A program made the position numbers and the translations under genes. A stretch of 54,118 nt of DNA, counting the filler, from Basidioascus undulatus (lineage: Eukaryota), in NCBI GenBank assembly GCA_000826855.1. It is 3 parts of 3 records of this genome, joined end to end, with 100 filler letters (N's around TTAATTAATTAA, not from the genome) between each part and the next. Parts side by side here need not be neighbours in the genome. Positions count along the whole stretch, not along the records: positions 1 to 17,992 come from JTLS01000496.1; 2 more parts are not named here. One strand, 5' to 3'. Below the pieces are notes generated by a model. That model saw nothing but the letters and a program-made list of their open reading frames with translations. It made no database searches and had not been told where the DNA came from. This document shows, one piece after another, positions 1-12,332 of this stretch. Each line of letters opens with the position of its first letter. Positions within the stretch are counted from its first letter, which is position 1.

Positions 1-200
1 AGGGCATCATGGTGAGCGAGCCATACCCGGGCGGGGGGGAGGAGGGCAGGGCGGGGAGGAGCATGCTGGGTAGGCATACGGACCTGCGATTGACTTGCGC
101 CGGGGAGCGTATTAAGCTGTGGAATTTGAGTTTGGTGTGTGGAAGAAGGGGGAAGACGAGGATGTGAGGAGGAGGAGGTTGTGCAGCGGCCCGACGCGGA
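1..200 (-). other. Probable 5' UTR exon plus first intron of a gene that continues off the left edge
   Basis: The minus strand has a pyrimidine-rich leader ending CGCAG|GTCCGT (donor at ~83) and a GCTCAC branch-like motif at ~17-12. The acceptor and CDS would lie outside the window. Confidence 0.3.
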
Positions 201-766
201 GGAGGCCCAAGGCGAGGGAGCGCGACGCTGCAGGGAGAGGAGGGCCGAGCGCGACGCGTCGGGTGGAGTCGTTCGCAGCTTTCGCTGTGACTGTGCAGGG
301 TTTCTTTTCTGACTTGCTCGTATGATTTTTCAAGACTTTGCACGGCTTTTGAAAGTTATCTGCTCTGAACATACTACTATCTAAACCGAAAGACATCGAA
401 TCGAGAACAGCCTAGTCAGGGGTGGGGCGGTGGTCTCACACACGCCGTTTCCGTGCGGTGGCCTGCATGAAGGGCAGCTTTGTATGCATCACATTTTTTC
501 ACATTTTTACGACCTCTTTTAATGTTCAGGAAGTACACGAGGGATGACCATAACACGTCGAAGCGGCTTTTGTTTGGCGGCCTTCAACTCCCCGCGGCCC
601 GCCCGTCAACGTCACATGTCCCGCTCGATAACGCGTCGACGTCGCTCCTCCCCATTCCCCTCTTTCCACCTCCTCATCACGGAACCATCATCTCATCTCG
701 TTCTTCACCGCACCAGATTTTTACAAACCCGACCCTTCCCTTCCGTAGTCCACCGAGGAGAAACGA

Positions 767-1830
767 ATGGCGCTCAACTGCTCCCTCACCTCCCCCGACG
801 GGCTCGAGCCTGTCCTCCTGCCCGGTGCGATTTCTCCTCCTGCTTCCTCTCCCTACCTTCCTTCCCCTCCCATCCTTCCATCCTCTTATTCATTCTTTCT
901 TTTCTCTCCCTCCGGATGGGTCCTGACGTTTGAAGAGGATGATGGCAGGCGAGAAGATCTTCCTCCTTACCGAATCCACTCACCTTCGTCTATCTTCCCC
1001 CGCGCTGTCGCTCGTGCTCGAGGCAAAGGGCCGTGGCTTCCTCTCCAACCAACGCGTACTTTCTCCCCTCTCCCTCCTCCCCCTCTTCCTTTCTTCGCCC
1101 TTCTTTACTGACAAAAGGGAGCAACCCAGATCCTGTTCCTCTCCCCCTCCCCAAAGCTGCGCTCCCTCTCCTGCCCGCTGCACCAAATCACAGACGGCCT
1201 CCTCGCCCAGCCCCTCTTTGGTGCGAACCGGTGGGAGGCCAAGTTCCGTCCCGCACCCGGCGGGAACCTGGAGCCCCCTCCTCCCACTGCCTCTTCCTCC
1301 TCCGGGGGAGAGGGGGAAGGAGAGGCAGGGGATGGAATGGTGGACATCAAGATGTGGTTTGACCAGGGCCAGACGTACGAGTGGTATGTGAGCGTGGAGG
1401 AGCTGCGGGAGCGGTTGGGAGCGGGGAGGGCGGGGGCGCATTTCGAGGACCTTCGTACGTCTTCAGTCACCCTTCCGCATTCCACCACTTTCCCTTCCTG
1501 CCGTTTCTCTCTCCCCGACCCCTCTCCCCTTCTCCCCTTTTTCTCCTACACTTCCTCGCGATCCTGACTGAATCTTGGAACTCGACAGCTGTCTACTCCC
1601 CTCCAACCCCAACCCGCGACACGTCTTCCTCCTCCCCCGCCCCCGCCTCGGGCCCCCGGAGAGACCCCCCAAGCCACCGCCCGACAGAAGCAGAGTTCGA
1701 AGCGGCCGCGGTGGCGCAGGCGGCAGAGCAGCAGCAGCAACAGCGGAGAGCGAGCTTGGGACAGGGGGAGGGAGGGGACGGAGGAGTGGGATTGGGGAGG
1801 GGGGAGGCGCCGCCGGCTTACGAGAGGTAG
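767..1830 (+). CDS. WW-domain-binding protein 2 (WBP2)-like PH-GRAM protein, 4 exons
   Basis: Introns at 825-948, 1056-1129 and ~1455-1588 (GT..AG with CTGAC branch points) give MALNCSLTSPDGLEPVLLPGEKIF...KGRGFLSNQRILF...LAQPLFGANRWEA...IKMWFDQG...EAPPAYER*. The LSNQR, QPLFGAN and C-terminal PPxY motifs are typical of the WBP2 family. Confidence 0.8.
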
Positions 1831-2961
1831 GGGAAGGGAAGGGAACGCGGATGGGGTTGGGATGTTGGGGGGAGGACGTGGCGGAGGACGTGGGCGAGGA
1901 CGTGGGGAGATCGTACACTATGATTTGAGAGGGTGGACTATGTGACTAAAGGAAGGCTGGGAAGGGGATGTGTTGCGCGATGGACTGTACGCAGGCTTTC
2001 GGGGAGCTTAAACGACAGTGGGACTGCTGGCTCCTTACAGGCGCAGACCAACATCTTCACATGCTGCAAGCCGCATTCATGAGCTCCAACACCCGGCCTT
2101 CACAGCCTCACAAATTTAAACGCATCGGCAATGCTTGCGTTCCCAGGTCTGCCGCACATCTTTAAGCTGCACAGTATTTCTGCCATCCGCGGGGGGGGGG
2201 GAAGTATAATACAAGTACAACCAAAAGACACGGATTTCAGCAGTGGGCATTTTCAGAAGGCAACAGACGGCTGGGAGACAGCGTCTTCCTGCAGTCGGAT
2301 GCGTGTCGCTGTGCGCTGTTCCGGACGCTGACTTCCATCGAAGATTTTATACCATGTTATTCTAAAAATCTTACAGCAGGGCACGGTTTGGGGAAGCAAC
2401 AGTAGATTGCGGGCTCCGTGCGCGGAGGTCTCTCATCTGTATCCGGCCATCTTCTCTCTCTGCTTTCCGTACTGACAAATTTGAAAAGCCATGTTTCCTA
2501 AAACGATACACCGCGATGTTTTCACAAGCGCAACTCCCCTCCCCTCCGTCGTCCCTCCCGGAAGGGGACGCCTGCCCCTTCCGTGCCCCGCTCAGAGCAG
2601 CGTGAAATGTGCGGTGCGTGTGCCTTGTTTTCGCCTTGACTACTCGCCACCTATTGCTTTTACTCCTTCCCTCCTTCCCCTTTCGATTTCCCTCCGCAGC
2701 CGGGTGCGGTCCGGCGTGTTTATTTCCCCTGCTTACCCGCCGCCTCTGACGTTTTCTGCATGTGCCCCCTTGGGGGATCCGGAGACCGTCAAAAGCCACA
2801 AGCAGGCTCCACCAGCTTCACTTTTTCCCCCCTCAATCTCAAGAAACTACTTCTCACTCTCTTGCACACTCACTCCCTGCGAATACCCTCGTTCCCGGAC
2901 AAGACCAACCACTCCCCATCTCGCCGTGAAACCCCTCACATACGACGCTCCGGCTCCCCCA

Positions 2962-3775
2962 ATGATGGCTACCATCCGCACTGTCGACCCTGAGCCGCGC
3001 ACGCCGCTCGCCACGCGGTGCATGCACGTCGCCGTCGCAGTAGTCACCGGCACGCTGCTAGGTGGGGCGTGCGAGGTCCTCGGCGAGGCGCTGCTCGCGT
3101 GCAGTGCGCCCGATTCGGTGGACGAGATGGGGCTGTTGAACTCTTTTGAGGTGGGGTTGGTCGGTGCGTTTTCGTTTCCTTCATAAACTTAGAAACGAGG
3201 AAGGATGCTGACATGAGTTGGGGTGGGAAACAGGCGGCGCCGCAACAGCCCTCATGGTCTTCTACCCAATCGGGCAGCTCTTCCTCCCCACCGTCTCCTA
3301 CCTCTCCTCCCTCCCGGCCCCCACACGCGCAACGGTCCTCCTGCTGGCCTACGCGCTCATCCCCCCGCTCCTGGGGCATGTCTCCTCCCTCCTCGGCTGG
3401 ACGCTCATGAGCGCCTGGCGGCCCTCCCCGCTCTCCCCCTCCGCCTCCCCCGTGCCCGCCTCGCGTGCAGGAGACTCCTTCGTTTCCGCCGGGATAATTG
3501 GCGGGGCAATCTTCGCTGCCGTCGTGGCCTCCACGCATGCGGTGATGCTCTTCATCGGGTGGTTCGACTGGGAGCGTGTGCGCTGGTCGTCCAAGACGGG
3601 CAGTGGGAAGGAGGCTGGGGAGGGGACAGGCCCCCAGATGAAGGAGGTCGATGGGAGGGACGGGTTGGAGAAGTGCGGGGGGTGGAGTATTTGCCGGAGG
3701 GCCAGCTCGGATGCTGGTGCGGAAGAGAGGGAGAAGTTCATCGTTGGCGAGGCTGAGGAGGGTGATTGGGTGTGA
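2962..3775 (+). CDS. Hypothetical multi-pass membrane protein, 2 exons
   Basis: An intron at 3164-3233 joins MMATIRTVDPEP...EVGLVG to GAATALMVFYPIG... The product has about 4 hydrophobic segments. No family was recognised. Confidence 0.6.
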
Positions 3776-4400
3776 GCTGGGATAGAAGGGCGTCGCCGTG
3801 AATTGGATTTCTTGTTTTTCACCTGTATTTCCCAGTACTTCAGAGAATTTTCCATTGTAGAACCTCAGGATGTACGCCTGTTCAGCCATCGACCGATTTC
3901 ATCGCATGATCATGTTATGACTATATCGTTCGACTACTGTTTGCAGCCAGCTATCCAGAGATCGGGTTTCTGCCGTAGTACTTGGCTACCTTTATATCCT
4001 TTGCACCTGGAGACCGCTGAAATGTCCTGAAATCGCTCTCGTTTCCAGCCTGCACGTTAGGATCGACAGCAGTCCCTCAGCTCGCCTGCACGGTCGTTGG
4101 GCAGCTGTCCCGATCATTCTTCGCGTCGTCCTTCGATACAAGAGAGACAGATTTGGCATTCACTCCCTCGAAGTCGCTTCGATGAACTTCTTTCTGCTGT
4201 TTTACGCAAAGCGTCTTCCTTTGACAGTCGAAGGCTCACAGCCATATCGGCGGTATCTCTCCGCCTGGTGATTGCCGGGTGTAGCCGGCCGGTCGTGCCG
4301 AAAGCCGCTCACATCAACGTGATGCGGGTACACCTCTTAGACTCGTACCACTCTCAGCTCGCATTTACCCTATTACTTACCTTCGTTTGACTGTATCAAC

Positions 4401-6228
4401 ATGCTCGGACTGGCCAGAGGTTCGATAAAAGCATCCCACTTTCGATCGAAGCCCATGAACTCGGTGCTAATGGTGGACGGCTTCGGCCAGCTCACGCCCT
4501 TCGCGGATCGCACACTCGACTTCGAGCCATACCCGTCGCTCAGGTCTCGAACCGCCCATACTCAACGCCTGTCGAACCGCTTTCTCCCCGTCCCCGGCGT
4601 GCCTGTCTCTACGGTGCGTCACACGTCATTTACCCCCTGTGCATGAGGGGTGACAATTTGACCGTCGGTCCTTTGTCCTCCCCTCGTTCGATTCTTGCTG
4701 CAGTTCCGGGGTCGGACGAGCGCAAGCTCGAGAAGAGCCTAGGAAGCAAGGCCGATTGTGTCGTCTACGACCTTGAGGACAGCGTGTCGGTGGGGCGCAA
4801 GAGTGCGGCTCGCGAGCTGGTCACGAAGTTCCTGAGTGTACGTACTGCCTGTTCGCTCGGCAGTAGTCCAATTTCGTTCAGCCAGCTATGTGCAACGTGG
4901 TTGAGATTCGCTCATCCCCACACAGGCTGACCGCTTGCCTGCTGGCGAGCGCGCGGTGCGTATCAACGCCGTTGGCACGAACCTGGAAGAGGAAGACTTG
5001 AGGGCTATCGTACGTCCTACATCCTGATTCCTCGCAAAGAGATCCATTATTCACTGACTCGCTGACCCTTTGATTGCTTGTTACGATAGCTTTCCGCACC
5101 CCATCTGGACACCGTCCTCGTCCCCAAAGTCCAATCCGCTGAGCACCTCCACTACGTCGCGAGTAGGATTGCTCGACATGCTTCTCCGGGTCGTGCAGCG
5201 GGACAGGAGCGCGCGATCCGCGTCATCGCCGCCATCGAAAGCGCGCGGGCCATCTTTGAGCTCAAGGAGATCGCGACTGCTGCGCCGAGCCATGTGGACG
5301 CGTTGCTGGTGAGTCCGCTTCCCTCCTCCATTGATATGAGGTACCTCAGGACCGTTACCGATCATAGCTGACAATGGGCTGACAGTTCGCCGCTGAAGAC
5401 TGTGCGCTTCCCAAAGGTGCTCTCTACAGGAGACATAGCTGACTGTGTTTTGTTGCGGCCGAGTCAAGACTGCGCGGACGTGGGGCTTCTCCGCACTGCT
5501 TCCCGACGGGAGATGCTCTATCCTCGATCCGCCATCGTGACCGCTGCGAGGGCGTACGGTCTGCAGGCAATCGACCTGGTCTGTCCTTTGCTTCATCTAC
5601 CCTCGATCCACAGCGCTACCATGTTTCATCTCCAGCATTTGCTGACCGTGCGCCTTTGTGTGTAGGTCTGTATCCGTTACAAGGATGAGAAGTACCTTCG
5701 CGATGAGTGCCATGACGGACGCGAGCTCGGTTTCGACGGCAAAGTACGCACTGCCAGCACTCACTGCCCGCAGTCACTTCTAATTCCTATCTAACCCCTT
5801 TCTTACAATCCCCACTCTTCCCACCTGTCACAGCAAGCTATTCATCCTGCGCAAGTCGACATCATCCAAAGCGCGTTCGTACCGACCGAAACGGGTGAGT
5901 TGATTTGCTTCGTGCTGAGTCTCTTCTTGCGTTAAACTAATTTCAGCTCCTGTCCTTCCCATGTCCTGTCGCAGAGATTATCCGAGCTGCAAAGATCAAG
6001 CACCAGATGGACATGAGCGAGCGCGAAGGGAAAGGCGCGTTCGGGTTGGCGGATGTGATGATCGACGCTCCGGTGCTCAAGCAGGTACGTCGTTTCTTTT
6101 ATTACACCGCGCCCCTGTAACCTACGCACGCACTCTGCGTACTGACGGGAACTTCGCCTCAGGCTGAGAGCGTTCTGCTCAAGGCACGCGCGGCCGGTCT
6201 GGCTATCCCGGACGTAGCGGGCTCATGA
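4401..6228 (+). CDS. Citrate lyase beta-subunit-like protein (CitE/CLYBL; HpcH/HpaI aldolase family), probably mitochondrial, about 11 introns
   Basis: The spliced product reads MLGLARAHALRGSHTRLRAIP...RRACLYVPGSDERKL...VVYDLEDSV...RAVRINAVG...VLVPKV...IAAIESARA...FAAEDYCADVG...QAIDLV...GFDGKQAIHPAQVDII...MIDAPVLKQAE, which carries the hallmark CitE motifs. The N-terminus is Arg-rich and presequence-like. Confidence 0.92.
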
Positions 6229-8652
6229 AGGAGTGAGGCAATGACGGGTGGACTCAAAATATTAACGAAAGCTTTGATGTACCCCATAAATGTGAAGAGC
6301 GGCGGCCACTTGCACGTACGTGTCAGGTTCGGCTTTTCGTTGAGAACGAGTAGGTACGGTGAAGTGGCCGCGACGCGTCGAGAGGGTACTGGCTCGGTAC
6401 TGGCTCACGGATTGGCAACAGATTTCCGTTTTTGCTGAGTTCTCTAACATCGGTAAACTACACCTGGTTTAGGCAAATGTGAATATCGGTACATCGTCCT
6501 GGCGTTTCGATTGTGGGAAGCCAAAGACTGCGACAGCTATGGGACTTGCCTGCCATTGACCTTGCTGGTTGCGAGTTGACCATGGCCACGAGCAACTTTA
6601 CTGCTTCAATTCTTCCTTGACCAAGCCGGACCATTCCGCTGCGGTCGATTCCTTTGGGCCTACACCAAGCAACGCCAACAAACGATCGTTGCTGTCGCAG
6701 ACGTGAAGTTTGGCAGCCTGGCATTATCACATGAAGCAGTGCTAGTTCGTACAAGGTCCCTGGTCATCCAATAACGCTGTAACGACTGAAATTCCAAAAC
6801 TTCTGTGCCTGAAGCCTGTAATTGCTCTTCTGGCGAATCTGTTGCCGATGCTACGCAGAACGGCATCCGCAGTTCAATGTTGGACCTTCGTAGGGATGGA
6901 TGACTACGGTGACTTTCCGACGTTCACTTCCTAAGGGCTTGTTGGTGGTCTTGCTAAATCAATAAGTGATTGATTGTGTGCGGTGAACCGTTAAGGAAGG
7001 CTCTGGGCGGTTCACGCCCACGTGCTGATGGCGCAAAACGACTTTGAGAGTCAGAGCGACGTACACAATTGTTTGCTATAGTATTCGCTTCCTAGCCTCA
7101 CTTGCAAAGATTTCTCTTTTCCTATAGGATATCTTCGGTTGGATTTGGTTGGCGCCACGAGCGAGCGTGAGCCCGGACGCGCAAACCAACAGTGTGGAGG
7201 GACGAAGTGTGCACCTGCAGCTGCTTCCTCGTGGTCCTTCGGAAACACTGGGTGGGTCCATTTGGGAACTATTGAAAACAGATGCAGAGGTCTTGCCAGA
7301 GGTGCTGAGGCAGCCAGTCGGAGACCAGGCGTTAAGGCCATCGCGCCTTCTCGCAGGCTGTGTGGGAGTACTGCAACCTGCTGACAACTCTACGAGGCCC
7401 AGTCCCGGCAGCAGAGCTCTGAGCCCTGTTCTCTCTTTATCGAAACGGACGGACCGCTGACGACCCACCGTTGCGGTGGTATGCGATTGCACTGCTGACT
7501 TTCGGCTCGTTGAGCTGGAGGACAGGACGTTCCGGCTGCCGGCGGCCACTCACTCGGGAGCGCTGGCTCTGTCGACCCGTCGACCCTGCAATTCCCAGAT
7601 TTGAATGCTAAAATCCTTCAGGCCCACAACCAGCACGCGGCATCCTTGCTTTGGTACCAGCACTACCAGTAGCTGGACTTGCCCGGCGATGCCTTGCCAG
7701 CGACTGGAGATCAATGACGGTTTGCCAGCAGTATGGGTGCATATGGTGCGCCTCACACATAGAACTCAGCGCTTTGTACCCAAAAATCTGTTATCATACT
7801 GGGCCTCGTGGTAGCCGACATTCCATTTTGTGAAAGCGCGTGGGCACTGAGAGCCTGCCGTCTTACCTCGACGACGAGCTGCAAGTTCGGAGCAGTGTAC
7901 CGTTCCACGATTGTCGAGCTCCCTTGTGAGTTCCGAAGCTTTTAAATCTCGAATACTCGGACTGGTGTTGAAGGACGATTTAAAAAGTCGATAATGGGCG
8001 CTTGTGGTGCTTATCTTTGTTGCAGACAGTGCGATCTCAAATTGCGGACACGGTAGGCGCCTGAGGGATTGAGGCTGCTACACAGTATACGATTTGATGA
8101 GGTACAACGGTTCAAGCGGAGAGAGCTTGAAGGCTTCCGGCGGTATGGCGTTGGACCCGCTGCTGTCCACGTTGTCCGCGTTGTGGCTCTCGCTGTAGCT
8201 GACTCCCCCATTGCCCCCTCTTCTCCTACCAGTCTCCCTTCCTTCCTGGTCATCACACCCCTACAGACTCTATACTCCTTGATTTCTTCCACACTCGTCC
8301 GTCAGCGAGGTCTACATTCGCAGCTTGCACCAGCGCACGCTCTCAACAGCCCGCTGCGCAGTCGTCTCACTTCACGACACCTTCTCCTCGTCAATCCGCG
8401 TACAGCTTTCCTCGTACCCTATACACTACAACCTTTGAATAACCCAGCTACTACACAGGGACTCCGACTCGCACTCCGCGGTTCGTCGCGACTTTCCAAT
8501 CGCTCAGGAGCAGGGCAGCTTTGCCCGTCCGGGACCATCGTCCCACCTTGGTAGGCGCAACCTCTAGGCTGGGTGGAGGGGAGTCAGAAAGGGCGCATGA
8601 CGGGGGGTTGGGGGATAAAGAAGAACCATCTTTGCATTCGATGAGGGGCTGA

Positions 8653-10671
8653 GGCAGCCAGTCGCCAGCTTGCCGGTCCCTCCCGGCTGCATTCTGTGCG
8701 TACCCTGCTGCTCCTGCTTCCCCCTTCCCAGCCCATTCCTCCTCGTGCTACGGGCATTCTCCACAATCCTCCATTCACTGTGCACTTCTTCCTTTGGTAT
8801 ACCCTCCCCCAATCACCGCACCTCTCGCATTGCTCCCTGCCTATCACGTCCAGCCGCGTACAACAGCCCGTATCAACCGCACGTCGTGCCTCACACCCTT
8901 TCCACATACATCCCCGGCCCCTTGATTCCCGGAACTACCAAAGCTCCCTCCACCCTATCCTCTTCCCCCTCCCCCTCCACCAAATGCGCAGCCACATGCC
9001 CACCCCCCGCCCGCCTCCCAGACAATCACCATCGGCTCGCTCCCTCCACGCGCATCGATCTCGCTCCTCGCCGGAGCTATGCGCACCCACGGCTGCGAGT
9101 CCGACGGCGACCTGACGACCACCGAGCGCACGCGCACCGCACTTGCGAGCTTTCAGAGCCGCGAAGCGGCCGTGATCGCAGTCGAGCGACTCGCGGAGCT
9201 CGAGTTCATGGGGAAGAAACTCGGCGTGCAGTTGCGGACGGCCGAGACGTTTTCGGCAGCGATTGCAACGGGGTCGAGCACGGTGAGCTGTTCATTGCAT
9301 CAAGCCAATCCTGCGAGACGAGTTTATTTTGGCCTGTTTTCAGGGGCAGACAGGCTGAGCAACCGCGAGCGGTTCAGTAGCCGATGGACTCACGGTGTCG
9401 TCGACGCACTGAGTGATGGGCAGGCCTGTACGGTACCTCATTCTGAAAGCCTTGAATCGAGTTCGTCTGCACCCATGCGATATTTTTACCCTCCTCTACA
9501 TCGTTCGAACTGCTTCTACGTGCCGCAGTACGACATGGACGCCTCAGTCAGAGCGGTGTGTGGTCGACGCAACGGCACAACGAGGCCGTCCTCAACGCGT
9601 CGTTGGACTCGTGCGAGCTTGTCCTGCTCCTCATGTCGCCCAACAAGCACCGGGGGTTTAAGGGTTGTCGGTAAGCTCTGTCGATTGCCTGCTTCTGAGT
9701 CCGTTCAAACAGGAGCTTATACCAACTTTTGCCACAGAGAATAGTAGTTCGAATACCTGTCTCTCTCACGCCAGCTTCTACGCCGCTGCCTGACGCGCAG
9801 GCCTCAGTCGACGCCGACGACCCTCCGAAACCCTCACCAAGCTCTCCATCCGAACCTCTTCAACCATCGACTTTAACCACCTCCCCGCCTGGCGCCGAGT
9901 ATCGCGCTCCGGCGCTGTACTCGACCGACATTCCTTCCTCGCTCTCCCTCTCGCGCCCCCATACCGAAGACCATCGCGCAACGAGGGTCCCAGTGGACCC
10001 CAGCGACCCAAGATAAACGTGAATCTTTCGCCTACTCCGGCATGGCGGCGGGGACTACGAAGTCGTCCCCGCCCCATCCGCATGACGAGCGCAGTCCAGC
10101 GGGCGACAAGGCCGCGTCGCACGTCCAGCCAGGCGAGGCCAAGGAGGAGAGGAGTGTGGGGCTCGGGCGCACGGTGTCTGCTCCGGCTAACCTCGAGCCT
10201 ACCCGCGATGGCTACGAGGAGGATGATGGCGCGTCCCACCATCCCTCCTGCGGTAACGTCTCTGCGCAGACTGCACCAGGTGCGTTCCCCGCGTCCGCAT
10301 CTCTTCACATCCGCGCTCCTTCTCCGTCGCACCTCCCCCCCCCCGACCAAGTCGCCCCGGCAACCTGGATAGTTTCCCGCCTTTCCACCTCCCGCAGAGC
10401 CGAAACCCTCTCCGACGCCTCGACCGCCCTCTGAAGCGCAGCGCAGGGAGCGCAAGCGCCCCGCGTTCGGCCAGCCCTCGCCGTCGAGTGGCTCTCGACC
10501 ACGAGGGTCCCGTTCTCTACCCTCCGCGATGTGGTGAACCTCTGGAATGCGAACAGACCTGTCAAGGTCAGCCGGGACGGGACGGAGCTCGAGGCTGCTG
10601 CCGGGGAGCGGATCGTGCGCGAGTTCGGTTGCCGTGCGGGCGAGAGTGGGAAGGGGGAGAGCGGTGATTGA
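8653..10671 (+). pseudogene. RRM + split YTH-domain (YT521-B-like, m6A reader) gene, disrupted
   Basis: An RRM is readable at ~9022-9234 (TITIGSLPP...TALASFQSREAAVIAVERL...FMGKKLGVQL). The YTH N-half is at ~9425-9663 (PVRYLILKALNR|YDMDASV-fs-SGVWSTQRHNEAVLN...LVLLLMSPNKHRGFKG). The YTH C-half is at ~10466-10671 (FGQP-fs-AVEWLSTTRVPF...NLWNANRPVKVSRDGTELE). Lesions are an in-frame TGA at 9410-9412, 1-nt frameshifts at ~9550 and ~10478, and further frame breaks at ~8923 and ~10016. The 5' end is uncertain. Confidence 0.8.
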
Positions 10672-11281
10672 AAGAGGGAGGTAGACTCGATTAATTGTTG
10701 GCTGGTGCTATATCCTCTCGCGAGTAACGTTTGAATGCAGTGCACGTATCCTCGGCTGTTGGCGGCTGGCACAGTTCACGTTGCCTTCCGTTTGCATTGG
10801 TTCTTGTCTTCCCGCTTGCTTTACAACATGATGACTCACGCAGATATCCTCAAAAGTTCGTGGTGGTCAAAGTGTTACATCAAGTGTGACCCGCCCTTTT
10901 CGTCAGAATGACAGGCGTATTCACCGGTGCTGCGGGTTGTCCAGTCCTCAAAGATGGAAGTTGCCGTAGCCGGCCATCGCCGAGAGAAAGAGGGAAGACC
11001 CGGTTGAAAATTTTGGAGAACATTATTGGAACTAAGCAAAGCCGTCAGTGTAATTTTGAGATCCGTTCGAGGGATTGATCGCGTTCTTCAAACGTCTTCG
11101 ACAAACAAGCCAGTTGCTCAACATGCTGAAGAAGTGACACAATCGTACACAACAGATGTTGTACACACGTCTTGATCTTTGTATGGTAAAAATCAGCAAA
11201 TGCATCGCAAGAAAATAATCAAGGAATTCATGTCCCGATGCTTGGACCAACACCGCCGTGCGCCGCAGAGTCCCCACCATT

Positions 11282-12170
11282 TCAGCCACCCACGAGCGGA
11301 AACCACAGAGCCAATGTCCGCATCTCCCGTACCACCGGCTCCAGAAGTCCAATATCCTCCAAATACGTATGAAAGACCGAAGTCAAAAAAAACAAGAAGG
11401 TGTCGAGCTTCTCTACTGCGGGCGAAGCCAGCGCCGAAGCCTGATGCAACTCGGCGCCCACCCCTCGGGGACTAACCAAATCCGCCTTATCGTCCCACCA
11501 AGTCTGTAGTGCCCGGATCTTGCGCCTCCATGAGGCAGGCCAGGAGCCGAGGTCCTCCAAGCGAGCGAGCAGCTGCTCAACGTCCGCGGCGTGGTCCTCT
11601 TTCAGCGGAAGCTCCTCCCCGAGCGCTTCGCGTACGCGCGCGCACCCAGCAGCGTGCTGACACGAGGGTGATGGCTGAGAACGTGTGATTCGGTACGTGA
11701 CGAGGTCCATGGGTAGGGCAGCGCGCAGGACTGTTTCCTTGCACTTGACGAAAGTGCCGCCAGCGTGTCGGTACGCGCGGTCGCGCAGCGAGGGATGGAG
11801 CGGGAAGGGGTGGAGTCGGGTGCTGTACGTGAGTGCGAGAAGGAAGTGTGCGAGGTACGACTCGAAGTAAAGCAGGTCGAGCGGTAGGTGAGGCGTGCAG
11901 TCGGGCAGCTCCCCTGAGAACAGCCGCTGGAGGGCGCATCAGCGAAGGTGGTTTGACGAAACAGGCTATGATGGACGCACTTCTCCGCTGGTCCACGTTC
12001 TTTCTCCAAAGGTCCAAGAATGACCCGAACTCCTCGAGGGCATCCCTGGCCCTTTCGACCGAATCGCCCATAAGTCTGCTCGTCTCCATCCGCTCGATCG
12101 CCTCCGTAATGTCGAGCACAGAAGACAGCAGGGCGAAAGCGGAGCCGGAGCCATACTGTTCGCCAGCGAG
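11282..12170 (-). pseudogene. Hypothetical helical protein gene, probably frameshifted
   Basis: Protein-like segments (AFALLSSVLDITEAIERMETS...FLDLWRKNVDQRR; LPLDLLYFESYLAHFLLALTY; EDHAADVEQLLARLEDLG) flank a canonical intron at 11927-11980. Joining them needs a frameshift in a G4 run at ~11912. No family was recognised and the boundaries are approximate. Confidence 0.4.
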
Positions 12171-12332
12171 CTTCGGTGTGCGAACGTCAAAACCGGGATG
12201 CGCATAGCCCCTTCCCCGGCGGACCTGGACCTCTTTCGATCGCCGGGCAGGCCCCTCTCTCTCCCCAGTATCAGCGTCCTCCCCCTCGCACACCCCACGC
12301 GCTCGGCGCACTCAATCGATACACCGCACCCC

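Noticed and set aside
2491..2961. In-frame upstream extension of the membrane protein ORF (231-aa ORF)
   Set aside because: The sequence is low-complexity, pyrimidine-rich and leader-like, so it is more likely promoter or 5' UTR.
4401..6228. CitE-like gene as part of an itaconate-degradation cluster
   Set aside because: No CoA-transferase or MaoC-type hydratase is recognisable nearby. It looks like the stand-alone CLYBL orthologue.
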